Assembly (NCBI RefSeq): GCF_963921235.1
Contig: NC_086097.1
Span: forward strand, 68,884,001 to 68,948,000
DNA length: 64,000 nt
Origin: Mobula hypostoma
Lineage: Eukaryota
Reading direction: 5' to 3'
The position numbers were made by a program, and so were the translations under genes. The notes below the pieces were generated by a model, which searched no databases, was not told the origin of the DNA, and saw only the letters and a program-made list of their open reading frames with translations. Shown piece after piece: positions 25,781-38,399 of this stretch (positions are counted from its first letter, which is position 1; each line of letters opens with the position of its first letter).

Positions 25781-26689
25781 TTTCTTAAAGGAAATGTTTA
25801 ACTACTCCTTCACGATTTTCTCCAAGTTTATACAGTGCCAGTACAGCTTTTCTCACAGTACAAATCTACTTGGAACTTTCTACAACCATTTAGTCTCAAA
25901 TCTCTTTTGTGAGCTTTCCCACAAGGCTCATCTGCTAACCTTACTCTTGCTCTTTCCGTCCCCTTGGTCAGGTAAGTCATTAAAGTTACAAATTTCACCA
26001 CTTTGGGACCAAGACAAAATGAAGATCAAAGGTAAAGAAATGGCATAAAAGTCTTGCCATGAGCAAGATGTCACTGCAAAGGTCCTACTGATACCAGATT
26101 AATTAATTAATATCTGCACTGTCACAGGGCACCTATGAAGTGCAATAAAGGTGCAATCTTCAATCCTTTCACATCCCCCCACTTAAATTCATGAGAACGC
26201 GGTACAATGTTTAGCTTCTGCAGTGTTCTGCAGACCTTCATGTTTCACGGAAGGAGGAAAATGATGTTGGTGGATGAAGAAGCTGAGGATACATTCACAG
26301 CCTCATGATATTGCCATCTCTCAGGACAAAAGGCACGAGACCATTGTCCTTTTCATCCCATATCAGTAAAGGGAGAGCTGAAAAGAATGGGAGCTTTACA
26401 GTAAGTTCCTTGTGTCTTCTAAGGCCAGAGGTTAGCATGTGTTGGAGGAATACCACATTTTAGGCATGTAGCCAGCTGAAAGACATCTTATAGAAACATT
26501 AAACAAGAATCCACAGAATGTGACAAAGAGTACTTTGTCAAAAGTAAAAAAAGCTACTGGGGAGAGAACTGCATGGCAGAATGTTGGAAAGTGATCTGAT
26601 CATACTATATCAACTTTAAGTATGTTTATGCTTGGAACAGACTTGTTGTAGGAGACGAGGATATATGGGGAGCATTAAAAGAGACAGAT

Positions 26690-28314
26690 TTTGGATTCAT
26701 CTACTGGCACTTCCCAGAGCTGTGTGCTCAGCCAGCTGCCGTTCACACTGCTGATGCATGATTGTGTCGCAGGATCCAGCTCAAACTGTGTCATCACACA
26801 ACGGTGGCTGGCCTTATTGAGAACGATGATGAGGCGGAGTATAGAGAGGAAATGGAGCGGCTGGTGGATTGGTGTGAGAAGAGCAACCTAAGCCAGAATG
26901 TGGAGAAGACAAAGGGAATCTTTGTGGACTTCAGGAAGGTGCAAATGGACCATCCCCCTCTGTGATGGCTCCTCCTTAGAGACAGTTAAGTGCACCAAGA
27001 TGCTGGAGGTTCACATCACAGATGACCTCATGGGCTCCCTTAATATTACCTCCCTGAACAAGAAGGCACAACAGTGAACCCACTTCCTGAGAAGAGTGCG
27101 GCAAGCAAGGCTCCCCATGCTCATCTTAACTGTGTTTTACAGGAGCACCTTTGAGAGTGTCTGACAAATTGCATCTCCATCTGGTATGGGAGCAGCTGAG
27201 CATTGGACCGGATTCCCAACTAAGGACTGTGAGATTGGCTGAAACGATCATGGGGGTCTTCACACCATCTATTGAGGAAATTTATCAGGAGCGCTGGCAG
27301 GGCCCTTAGTAATATTAAAGATCCCACCTATCCATGCAGCATCCTCTTTGACTTTCTACCATCAGGCAGGAGAGTCCGCTGCGTTAAGACAAGACTGGTG
27401 AGGATGAGAGCCAGCTTCTTTCTCCAGGCCACAAGGCTTCTGAACTCCCTGCCACGTTGTATTCAAAGTGTCACTGGTTAATCTGTCCCGTATGTTACAA
27501 TATTTACTATTAGTGCCCTTAAGTTTGTTATTTATGTGTGATTCATCTGTAGATTTTATCCTTATCTTCATAACTAAAGAAATTTGGCCTGTCCCCTAAA
27601 ACCCTCACTATTTTTTGTAGATGCACCGTAGAAAGCATTCTTCTAGGGTGCATCACAACCTGGTATGGAAGTTGTCCTGTCCAAGACCAAAAGAAGCTGC
27701 AGAAGATCGTGAACACAGCGCAGCACATCACACAAACCAATCTTCTGTCCTTGGACTCACTTTACACCACACGCTGTCGGAGCAGTGCTGCCAGGATAAT
27801 CAAGGACACGACCCACCCAGCCAACACACTTTCCGTCCCTCTTCCCTCTGCGAGAAGGCTCAGGAGCTTGAAGACTCGTACGGCCAGATTTGGGAACTGC
27901 TTCTTTCCAACTGTGATAAGACTGCTGAACGGATCCTGACCCGGATCTGGGCCGTACCCTCCAAATATCCGGACCTGCCTCTCGGTTTTTTTGCACTACC
28001 TCACTTTCCATTTTTCTATTTTCTATTTATAATTTAAATTTTTAATATTTACTAATTTTTACTATTTTTAATATTTAATATTTGTAATCCAGGGAGCAGG
28101 AAGCGCAGAATCAAATATCAGTGTGATGATTGTACATTTTAGTATCAATTGTTTGGCGACAATAAAGTATAAAGTATAAAATATCGTATGTTATGTGTGT
28201 ATTGTGTTCTACTGTACTTTACACCCGAAGAAATGTTGTCTTGTTTCTGTATATATTATATGGTTATATGCATGATATACATCTATTTAGTCAAATGACA
28301 ATAAACTTAACTTG
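26690..28314 (+). mobile_element. Rex/Babar-like LINE 3' part, with a second copy nested in its 3' UTR
   Basis: Decayed RT (SQSCVLSQLPFTL, NVEKTK) and C-terminus (KDPTYP..LPSGRR..SFF.QATRLLN); its UTR resumes at about 28181 and ends AATAAACTTAACTTG. Confidence 0.8.
27574..28180 (+). mobile_element. Younger Rex/Babar-like LINE 3' fragment
   Basis: ORF 27709-27939 IIKDTTHPANTL..LPSARRLRSLKTRT; tail AATAAAGTATAAAGTATAAA. Confidence 0.8.
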
Positions 28315-28349
28315 GCGATAATAGAGTGATGATAACTGAGCAACTGAGT

Positions 28350-28416
28350 GACTGTACCTCTTCCTAGAGATGCTGCCTGGCCTACTGCGTTCACCAGCAA
28401 CTTTTATGTGTGTTGC
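28350..28416 (+). mobile_element. 67-bp Penelope terminal fragment
   Basis: Near-identical to about 30693-30759 (GACTGTACCTCTTCCTAGAGATGCTGCCTGGCC...GTGTTGC). Confidence 0.9.
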
Positions 28417-28921
28417 AACAATCTATCGGATAGACATAATCGTACTGTGATATGAGAAATGAATACATGTCTAAGTGATAATGATCAGCTATACTTGGAA
28501 AATGGAGCTCATAAGGCACTCTAAGCAACTGGACTTGCAGGCAAATGTAACCGGGTGACTGTTCATATCATTTTTTATTGTTAAAATGCACTTATGTATT
28601 CACCTTGGTAATGCTAAAACAGTTGCTTGTACCTTTAAGAAAAAACGGTGATGTCATTTTGCAAGGGTGGAGTAGAACGAAGATTTGCCATGTTCTAGAA
28701 AGGATGACATTCGAACACTTTTTCCAGGTTTGGTGAGGAAAGATTTTTGTGAGTAAATGGATCCGCGCTGGATAGCCTGCTTGTGAAGTTCCTTAATTGG
28801 TCTGCTAGGTTAATCTTTTCAGTAATTCAACTACAAAGCAATATGTTGTAAAAGTCTAGCAACACACATCAAAGTTGCTGGTGAACACAGCAGGCCAGGC
28901 AGCATCTCTAGGAAGAGGTAC

Positions 28922-28957
28922 AGTTGACGTTTCAGGCCGAGACCCTTCGTCAGGACT
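28922..28957 (-). ncRNA. Minimal hammerhead ribozyme motif (intact core, one stem I mismatch)
   Basis: Minus strand AGTC-CTGACGA-AGGG.TCTCGG.CCT-GAAAC-GTC-AACT. Confidence 0.7.
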
Positions 28958-30660
28958 AACTGAAGGAAGAGTTAGTAAGAGATATGAAAGTGGGAGGGGG
29001 AGGGGGAGATCCAAAGTGATAGGAGAAAACAGGAGGGGGAGGGATGGAGCCAAGAGCTGGACAGGTGATTGGCAAAGGGGATATGCGAGGATCATGGGAC
29101 AGGAGGCCCAGGGAGAAAGACAAGGGTGGGGGATCTAGAGGATGGGCAAGGGGTATAGTCAGAGGAACAGAGGGAGAAAAAAGAGAGTGAGAGAAAGAAT
29201 GTGTGTGTAAAAATAAATAACGGATGGGGTACGAGGGGGAGGTGGGGCATTAGCGGAAGTTAGAGAAGTCAATGTTCATGCCATCAGGTTGGAGGCTACC
29301 CAGACGGAATATAAGGTGTTGTTCCTCCAGCCTGAGTGTGGCTTCATCTTTACAGTAGAGGAGGCCGTGGATAGACATGTCAGAATGGGAATGGGATGTG
29401 GAATTAAAATGTGTGGCCACTGGGAGATCCTGCTTTCTCTGGTGGACAGAGCGTAGGTGTTCAGCGAAGCGGTCTCCCAGTCTGCGTTGGGTCTCGCCAA
29501 TGTATAGAAGGCCACATCGGGAGCACCGGACACAGTATATCACCCCAGCCGATTCACAGGTGAAGTGTCGCCTCACCTGGAAGGACTGTCTGGGGCCCTG
29601 AATGGTGGTAAGGGAGGAAGTGTAAGGGCAACTGTAGCACTTTTTCTGCTTACAAGGATAAGTGTCAGGAGGGAGATCAGTGGGGAGGGATGGCGGTGAC
29701 GAATGGATAAGGGAGTCGTGTAGGGAGCCGTGTAGGGAGCGATCCCTGTGGAAAGCAGAGGGGGGGGAGGGAAAGATGTGCTTAGTGGTGGGATCCCGTT
29801 GGAGGTGGTGGAAGTTACGGAGAATAATATGTTGGACCCGGAGGCTGGTGGGGTGGTAGGTGAGGACCAGGGGAACCCTGTTCCTAGTGGGGTGGCGGGA
29901 GGATGGAGTGAGAGCAGATGTGCGTGAAATGGGGGAGATGCGTTTGAGAGCAGAGTTGAGGGTGGAGGAAGGGAAGCCCCTTTCTTTAAAAAAGGAGGAC
30001 ATTTCCCTCGTCCTGGAATGAAAAGCCTCATCCTGAGAGCAGATGCGGCACTTCACCTGTGAGTCGGCTGGAGTGATATACTGTGTCCGGTGCTCCCGAT
30101 GTGGCCTTCTATACATTGGCGAGACCCTACGCGGACTGGGAGACCGCTTTGCTGAACACCTACGCTCTGTCCGCCAGAGAAAGCAGGATTTCCCAGTGGC
30201 CACACATTTTAATTCCACATCCCATTCCTATTCTGACATGTCTATCCACGGCCTCCTCTACTGTAAAGATGAAGCCACACTCAGGTTGGAGGAACAACAC
30301 CTTATATTCCTTCTGGGTAGCCTCCAACCTGATGGCATGAACATTGACTTCTCTAACTTCCACTAATGCCCCACCTCCCCCTCGTACCCCATCCGTTATT
30401 TATTTTTACACACACATTCTTTCTCTCACTCTCCTTTTTCTCCCTCTGTCCCTCTGACTATACCCCTTGCCCATCCTCTAGGTTCCCCCCCACCTTGTCT
30501 TTCTCCCCGGGCCTCCTGTCCCATGATTCTCTCATATCCCCTTTGCCAATCACCTGTCCAGCTCTTGGCTCCATCCCAACCCCTCCTGCCTTCTCCTATC
30601 ATTTTGGATCTCCCCCTCCCCCTCCCACTTTCATATCTCTTACTAACTCTTCCTTCAGTT

Positions 30661-30696
30661 AGTCCTGACGAAGGGTCTCGGCCTGAAACGTCGACT
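30661..30696 (+). ncRNA. Minimal hammerhead ribozyme motif (intact)
   Basis: AGTC-CTGACGA-AGGG.TCTCGG.CCT-GAAAC-GTC-GACT: CUGANGA and GAAA core boxes, GUC triplet at 30690-30692, stem I AGTC/GACT. Confidence 0.8.
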
Positions 30697-31399
30697 GTAC
30701 CTCTTCCTAGAGATGCTGCCTGGCCTGCTGCATTCACCAGCAACTTCGATGTGTGTTGCTTGAATTTCCAGCATCTGCAGAATTCCTGTTGTTTATTGTA
30801 AAAGTCTGTCTTTCTTTATTGTTTCATAACCGAATGTGAATGTAACAGAGTAATGCGAATGAGTTAATCTCTGTTCACGTAGCGTGAGCGAGGAGAACTC
30901 ATTTCAAGGTCTAGCCTTTCTGTGTTTGGAAGTTAAACATGTGAATGCCAAATGTGAGTATATCTCCTAGTTAAGATGAGATGTATTTATTCATATTTTT
31001 GATGTTGTGTATAAGGTACAAGGTTGGTGGGATTCTAACATTGCTTATATTGTTTTTTTCTGGAATTGCCACTACCGTATTGGTTTTGTAAATTTTGTTT
31101 TAGTTATTTTCATACTGCATACATAACAAGGGTGTGGTCTAAAGTTAAACTGAGATTGTAATGGCGGGAGCTGTTCTTTTAAAATTTACTTTGCCCTTTT
31201 TATTTTGATACCCTCTTCCTCCAATAAAACATCTAAAACAGATAAAGGAATTTAAGACCCGAAAAAGTATTTGTTGTCCTGCATGTGTATTTTTCCCCAG
31301 GCTACAAAACAAACAATTCCAAATGAAGGAAAACAATGGAAGAAGGAGTTTCTTTCTTCTTTAATTTATCCAATGGCTAATGAGGGAAAATCATAAGCA

Positions 31400-31925
31400 C
31401 AGAAGCAGTTTTATCTTAAGGAGATGCAAACCACCAGATACATCAATCCTTCCCTTCTCCCTTCAGGGTTCTGAAAAGAACATTCCATCCTGAACTATGT
31501 CGCTTACACTTCTATCTCCCCCAATATAGGCTTGCCCCTTTTCACGTCATCTACCTGTGCATTGCAGGTTATGTTACACCTGCCTTTTTATCTCCTCCCT
31601 TTCTGCCATCCAGGGATCCAAACACTCCTCCAGGTGAAGGACTGACTTAAAGGTATTTCTTCCAATTCAGTAATATGATCTCTACTACAAACAGAAAACC
31701 ACACTCGATTGCTTTGCTGAGATCCCCATTCAGTCTGCACAGGCGACCTTGATCTTCCAGTTGCCTGTCAACGTAATCTTCTACCCTACTCCCAGTCTGA
31801 CCTCTGTCTTTGGCTTCTTAAGCTTTCCAATGAAACTCAACATCAGCTCAAAGAATACCTCATTTTCACATGGGGCAAAATCAACCTTGTGGGCACAACA
31901 ATGAATTCAATAATTTCAGGTAACA
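31400..31925 (+). mobile_element. Old degenerate Penelope GIY-YIG fragment
   Basis: Colinear similarity to 11215-11731 (ATCCAGGGATCCAAACACTCCTCCAGGTGA ... GAATTCAATAATTTCAGGTAA). Confidence 0.7.
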
Positions 31926-32132
31926 TGAGAGTCCTGCTTTTGATCCACATACCCTGCATTAAAAATTCTTTCTCTCCTCTTCTGGTAATTTCATACTCCA
32001 TTCTTTGTTTACATCTTTCTCTGTCACATCTTTTTCTATTCTAAACTTTTTGTCACTGTTTCAGCTGGCAAAATTACCACTTATATCATTAATTCTTTCC
32101 TGGCATATGGAGCATATTGATCCTTCCATGCT

Positions 32133-34350
32133 TAGAACATAGAAAATAGAACACTACTGTATGGTAAATAACCTTCGGCCCATGATGTTGTGCCGACCTT
32201 TTAATCTACTCCAAGATCAACCTAACCCTTCGCTCTCACATGGCCCTCATTTTTCCTATCATCCATGTGCCTCTAAAATGTCCCTAATATATCTGCCTAA
32301 TCCATCCCCACCACTGGCTGTGTGTTTCATGCACCCACCACTCTCTGTAAAAAAAACTTACCTCTGATATCCCTCTATGCTTTCCTACAATTTCCTTAAA
32401 ATTATGCCCTCTCATATTAGCCATTTCCACCCTGGAAAAAAGCCACTGGCTGTCCATTCTTCCGTGTCTCTTATCATCTTATACACCTCTTTCAAGTTAC
32501 CTCTCATTCTTCCTTGCTCCAAAGAGAAATGTCATAGCTCAATCAACCTTTCCTCATTATACACTCTCTCTAATCTAGGTAGCATCCTCAGCACCTTCTC
32601 TAAAAAGGTTCCACATCTTTCTGAAAATGAGGCAAACTGAACTGAATGCAATAATCCAAGTGTAGTCTAACTAGAGCTTTATAGAGCTGCAACATTACCT
32701 CACAATTCTTAAACACAACACACCCCTTCTTAGCAACCCGATCAGTTTGCATAGCAACTTTGAAGATCTATGGATGTGGATCTGAAGATCCCTCTGTTGC
32801 TCTGCATCATTAAGAATGCTGTCATTAACTTTGTACACTGTCTTCAGGTTCATCCTTCCAAAGTGAATCACTTCACACTTTTCCAAACTGAACTCCATCT
32901 GCCACATGGCTCTGCATCCTACCAATGTTCCACTGTAATCTATGGCAACTTTCTACATTATCTGCAAACTTACCAGCCCACCCTTCCATTTCCTCATCTA
33001 AGTCATCTATAGAAATCTCAGAGAGCAGGGGTCTCGGAATAGAGCCCCATGGAACACTACTCTTCACTGACCTCCAGGTGGAATATCCGTCAGTTACTAC
33101 CACTCTCTGTCTTGTGTGGGCAAGTCAATTGTAAATCCACAGAGCCAAGTTATCCCGAATCCCATTCCTCCTATCTTTCCGAGTGAACCTACCAAGGGGA
33201 ACCTTGACAAATGCCACACTAGAATCTATACACACCACATCCACTGTTCTACCTTGATCAATTTGTATTTTCTGTTCCTTGAAGAATTCCCTGCACGAAA
33301 CCACCTGACTATCTCTGATCAATGCTTCTTCAAATTCTCATAAATCCTGTCTCTCGGAATCCGCTCTAATAGTTTTCCCACCACTGAAGTAAGGCTATTC
33401 ATTGGACTATAATTCCCAGGAGTATCCTTATTACTTTTCCCAAAGAAAGGATTAATATTTGCTACGCTCCCATCTTCTAGTAGCAGCTCCTGTGACCAGC
33501 GAGGATGCAAAAATCATTGCTAAATGGACAGCAATCTATTCCCTCGCTTCCTGCAGTAACCTGGGGTATATCCTGACCAGCTCCAAAGACTTAAGTATCC
33601 TAAGGTTTTTTCAAAAGTTCCGGCACATAGTTTTCTTAATGTCAAAATGTTCCTGCGTATTAGCCTGTTCTATATTGACCTCACGTTCAGCAAGATTTCT
33701 CTCACTGGTGAATACTGAAATGAAGTACTTATTGAGCTCCTCAACTAGCAACTCTAACTCCAGGTACATTTCCTTTGTTATTGTTGACCAGTTCTACCCT
33801 CACTCTAGTCACTCTCCTATTCCTCCCATACAGGTATGTGTAGAACGCCTTACAATTTTCCTTAATCCTACTTGAGATGTCCTTCTCATGCCCCCTTTGA
33901 GATTTTCTAAGCCTCTTCTTAAGTTCTTTTCTGGCTACCTCATAACTCACAAGAGTTGTGCCTGGTCCTTGCTTCCTAAACCTTGAGTATTATTCCTTCC
34001 CTCTCCAGACCGGATGTTTTACTTCTCTTGTCGACTGTGGTTCCTTCATCCCACTTTCCTTTCCTTGCCTCAATAGCACAAACTTATCCAAAACTCGGAG
34101 TAGATGGTCGCTAAACAACCTCCACATTTCTGTTCTGCATATCCCTAAGAACATATGCTCCAAGTTCATGCCTAATAGCTCTTAACCCTGTCAAAGGCTA
34201 TAGTAAAAGTCAGGGAGTCTTGGTCACTGTCTCCACAACGCTCACCCACTGTCACCTCACTAGTTTCATTGCCCAGTACTAGATACAGTATGGTCTCTCC
34301 TCTAGTCAGCCTGTCCACGTATTGTGTTAGGAATTCTTCAGCCACACATT
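32133..34350 (-). mobile_element. Degenerate CR1 ORF2
   Basis: Peptides WQMEFSLEKCEVIHFGR, SSVPWGSIPRPLL, AFVKVPLGR, PGNYSPMNSLTSVVGKLLE. Confidence 0.85.
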
Positions 34351-34353
34351 CAT

Positions 34354-35760
34354 TGTCACAACCACGGACTCTGCCATGAGACCTGGGTGCCCTTTCAGGG
34401 GGGCTGCCAAGTAGGGTCAGCAATCTCGCTTGTGAGTATGATATTCCAGCCAATTAGTGTTTCATTGTGAAGGTACTTAATTCCTTTCCTCTTGTTTCAG
34501 TTTTTGTTGTACCTTGACCAAAGGCACAGCAACGTCAACGCTCCCTGCTTACCTTTGTCCTTGCTCTGGGAAGGACGACTATCGTTTAGGTTGATGCTGT
34601 GGAGGAGCAGTATTTATTCATCTTAGTTACTGCTTCTGAACTGCAGTGTCAGCGTTACCTTTCAGCTTGAGAGCTTTAGTTAATGGCTCTAATGGCCATG
34701 AGGTTATTGTTTTTCCTTTATTTCTGCACAGTTCTTATCAAAAGTCAGTGAGCTGTTCATCTGATGTGGCATCGCACCCCCTGCACTTGGGACAGAACTG
34801 CACACAATTGTCAGCAAGACTCGACACCAAAAATGGACCCAGCGGAGACAGAACAACTGACCATGGCCTGATCAGACAGGAGAGAAGTTACAGTCAGTGG
34901 AGGCCGCGTTAGCAGAGGAGACTAACATAGTGCGAGAGCTACTCATGGAATGACAAGCCCAGTCCAAGCAGGAAGAACAGGTGTCAGCCCTCTCAGTAAC
35001 AATTCAGCAACTCGTCATAGACAGTCTGAATCAGTTGGCAGCCATTACCACTCACTGCCACAGTTCAGCAACCTTCAGCCGGCATCTCCCACCTCCTCCT
35101 CTTTAACAGGCTTATTAGACTCAGCCACTAACGCCCCAACTCCTGTGACTGGACCAGAAGCGAGTATTCCTCCACCAGGCAGATACTTTGGTGGCCCCGA
35201 CAGCTGCAGGAATTTTATTATTTAAAGTGAACTGACTTTCCAAGCCCAGCCAGATTGGTTCGGTGATGATGTGCATAAACTGGCTTACCTAGTGAATCTC
35301 TTAGGTGAATCCCCACTCAGCGTGTTCAATGCACTACGGGAACAAGGTTCCCCCACAGCCCAGTCATTCCAGCAAATTGTAGTCAAGTTCAAGAAAGTTT
35401 TTCATCTTCCATATGGGGTCAGGATGCTGCCCATCAACTCTTGGACCAGCACCAAGGGGAAGGGACAGGAAGGACTATGCAGTAAAGTTCTACACACTTG
35501 CAGTTGAGACAGGGTAGAATGAGAGATCCCTCATCACTACCTTCCAGCGTGGGCTGAACACAGGGGTCTGGCTCAAGATTGCAGTGCATGATGAGCAGGA
35601 CAGCCTGCGTGACTTATTAAATTTGGCCATTTGGATTGACAATCAGGCAACTGAGCACCGCAGAAAAGAAAGCCCAAGCTTTCTACATCTTCAGTCACCT
35701 GCTTCAGCATTACTCAGTACACAGGCTGTGGAGGAGCCTGTGTGGGAGAGGTGCATGCAC
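34354..35760 (+). mobile_element. Gypsy (sushi-like) retrotransposon remnant: 5' LTR (~34354-34813) plus decayed gag
   Basis: LTR starts TGTCACAACCACGGA; gag starts MDPAE at 34833; PEASIPPPGRYFGGPDSCRNF and KLAYLVNLL resemble sushi/PEG10-type capsid; interrupted by stops. Confidence 0.75.
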
Positions 35761-35929
35761 CAATCTCAGGAATGATCATATTGAAAAGTGGATCAAGCCC
35801 AAATGATCAGGCTGATTATTTTTGTGTTTCTCTATTTCCACTGAACTGTATTGAAGAAATTTCCAAACCTTTGCCTGAACAGCAAAGTAGTGCAAGATAT
35901 CAAAGTAAGATTGTATGTGTTTCTACAAG

Positions 35930-36650
35930 TTTTTAAAATGGAACAAAGAAACAAAAGTTAATGTTGGTCCCCTAGAACCTTCCTGAAGATTAATAATGAG
36001 GAATAAAGTAAAAAGGTAGTTAAATAATAAGGTAATTAAAATTAATTATAGAAATATTCACACAGAACACATAAAAAGCACACCAATTCAGGAGAAACGT
36101 TAAACAGGCAGTGACACTAAACAATGTACAATGAGTGCCACTAGCATTAAAGACTAACAAATTGTCTAAACTTGGATGACTTACAACAAAGAATTCTAGA
36201 ACAGGCAGCTCCAGAGAAAGTGGATGTCCTGTGCAGGAAATGCCAAAATTGCCTGGATTTTGTGAGAAGTTTGCAAGATTTTGAGAAGTGGCAAATGGTC
36301 ACTGGGAAAATGTTAAAGCTATTATTAGGAAATTAGAAAGTAGACAGAAAGTCATAGTATGATTTGGTATATATAGCATAAATTTATGAGAAGGAAATAT
36401 TGTTTAACAGTTTAAATCAAGTTTATTAAGAATGTAATCTTTTTTTAAGGTCTAAAAAATTGGAGGGTGGGTAGAAGCAATCAATGTAATAAACTTAGAT
36501 CTCCAAGATATACACTGAGTTCCTACAGAAATGGTTCCTGTACAAGATATGGTCTCATGTGATAAACATTGATGAGGGAATAATTAACTATCATAGGGAA
36601 GAAAAAAATTGGGACAATCAGGCCATTTTCTAGAGACCTGTTGCTACCAA
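35930..36650 (+). mobile_element. Very old CR1 ORF2 remnant
   Basis: Weak colinear similarity to the CR1 at 2090-2600. Confidence 0.5.
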
Positions 36651-38399
36651 TGGTGCATATATCTCATCCAGTGCTCCTAAAATTTCTTTGGAAATTGAGC
36701 CAGAACTATTTTTTAACACAGTCCCCCAGATTTATTTGTGAGTGAATGTCATCAATGTGATGACATTCATTTTGCATTATTTATGACTAACAGCTTCTAG
36801 CGAAGACCAATAATATGCTATGGAGAAGTGAGTACTTAATCTCTAGAATCATTTAAGCAACAGCTAAGTACTGTGAAAGGGAACTATGGGTTTTTCTAGA
36901 TGAATGAGCTAGGATAAGTGACCTTTTTGGTTTCTGCTGGTCTTATGAATTCCACCCTGACATTATTCTTTACGCATGAGTCCCAAGGTCAGAAGCAAGG
37001 ATAGTGTCTGGAATCCTATGTATAATAATATTGACAATTGTTGTTCCATATGTTTGTATAACTAATAAAATAAATAATCCATGTTTTCAAGCCTTTCATC
37101 ATTTTATAACAAGAAGAAAATCTACATGTATCCAAATCAAAATATTCTTTACTCATATTTTAAACACAAGTATACTTTACTATATACTTCTTTGAATTTT
37201 GGTCTGTTTAAATAATACACGGCTTTAATGTAAGCATCAGCTATAAAGAATTTTTGCTGTGTGAATTGGAATACTATTCCTTTTGCTGGATTTCTCATTT
37301 TATTATTTTTGCTTGACTGGTTGTTGTGTTAAAATTATCCCTTAATCTTCTGGCATTGTTGTCTGAGGGAGTGAAGTTCAGAGATAGTGTGACATTTCGA
37401 TGATCATGTTAGCTCAAGTGCTCCACAGTAAAACTTTTCAAATCTTCCAAGATAATTCTCACAGTAATACCACCAGCAATTGATAGTGAATTTAATTACC
37501 ATTTTCACAACTTGTAAATTTATAAGCCTTTATTTTCTCAGTTTAATACCATTCTTAACTTCTTCAGTTTGCAACAGATGAATTAAATTTTCCTATAGAC
37601 TTTATATCAAATGATTGAATACTTATTTAAATGTTTTCTATTGCCTATCCACCATTTTATCTTTTCTGTTTTGAGCCTAATCATCTTTCATCTCATACCA
37701 ACGTAAGTGCATTTATTTAAATATAAGACATAAGTTTTGGACTACAAATTGTCTAGCTCAAAATTGATGTAAACATTTTATCATGTAATGCTCAAGTGTC
37801 CCTATACCTTATTAGTTATTATCTAATTATTATTTAGATGCTTTATTAATTATTAATTGCTACTATCTTATTAATTAATCTGATCCTATTAGATTACAGA
37901 TCTAAAATAGTCTGTTCCTGGTTACTCTGGGAAACTGAGTGTAATGCTTTCTATGAACCTCCTCAAGGCTACTTTTGCCAATTTAATTTCCCTGGTTTAT
38001 ATGAAGATTAAATTTGCCCATGATTATTTCATTATTGTTTTTACAAGCCTTTATCATTTCTCAATCTATCTATCTAAGAACTATTCTTGGGGAACCAACA
38101 AAAGATTTGAACCAATTTTTTTCATTTCCCTGGTATTTCTTATTTCCACCTAAACTGACATCTTGGGGCAAGATCCTATTTGTTTGTTGTCCTAAAGTAA
38201 CTCTTTATCATCATAGCAACCCCCATTCCTGTCTGTTTATTTTTTTTAAATTCAGTTCTAATCAGATGTAGATCTTAGTGCATTTACCTGGGTTGGTTTA
38301 GTTATAATTCAAGGAACTTGCAACTTAATATTCCCCTAATCTATTGAAATACAATAGCAGTGATATGCAGGAAGGCAGCCAGCACAATTCTCATGATTT

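Larger units (their letters stand above)
28858..30795. mobile_element. Inverted Penelope-like insertion: minus copy 28858-~30047 joined to plus copy ~30048-30795
   Basis: GIY-YIG domain encoded on both strands (ORFs 29250-30218 minus, 30043-30366 plus); single TSD TTGTAAAAGTCT at 28846-28857 and 30796-30807. Confidence 0.95.

Noticed and set aside
29250..30218. 322-aa ORF as a novel gene
   Set aside because: It is a chimera read across the inversion junction: antisense GIY-YIG sequence fused to the Penelope C-terminus.
28430..31130. Solo LTR hosting the inverted Penelope element
   Set aside because: The flanks look repeat-like and end in ..TAACA, but no matching TG start with a TSD could be identified.
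34833..35760. Domesticated gag gene (PEG10/RTL-like)
   Set aside because: Multiple stops and frameshifts, and still attached to an LTR.
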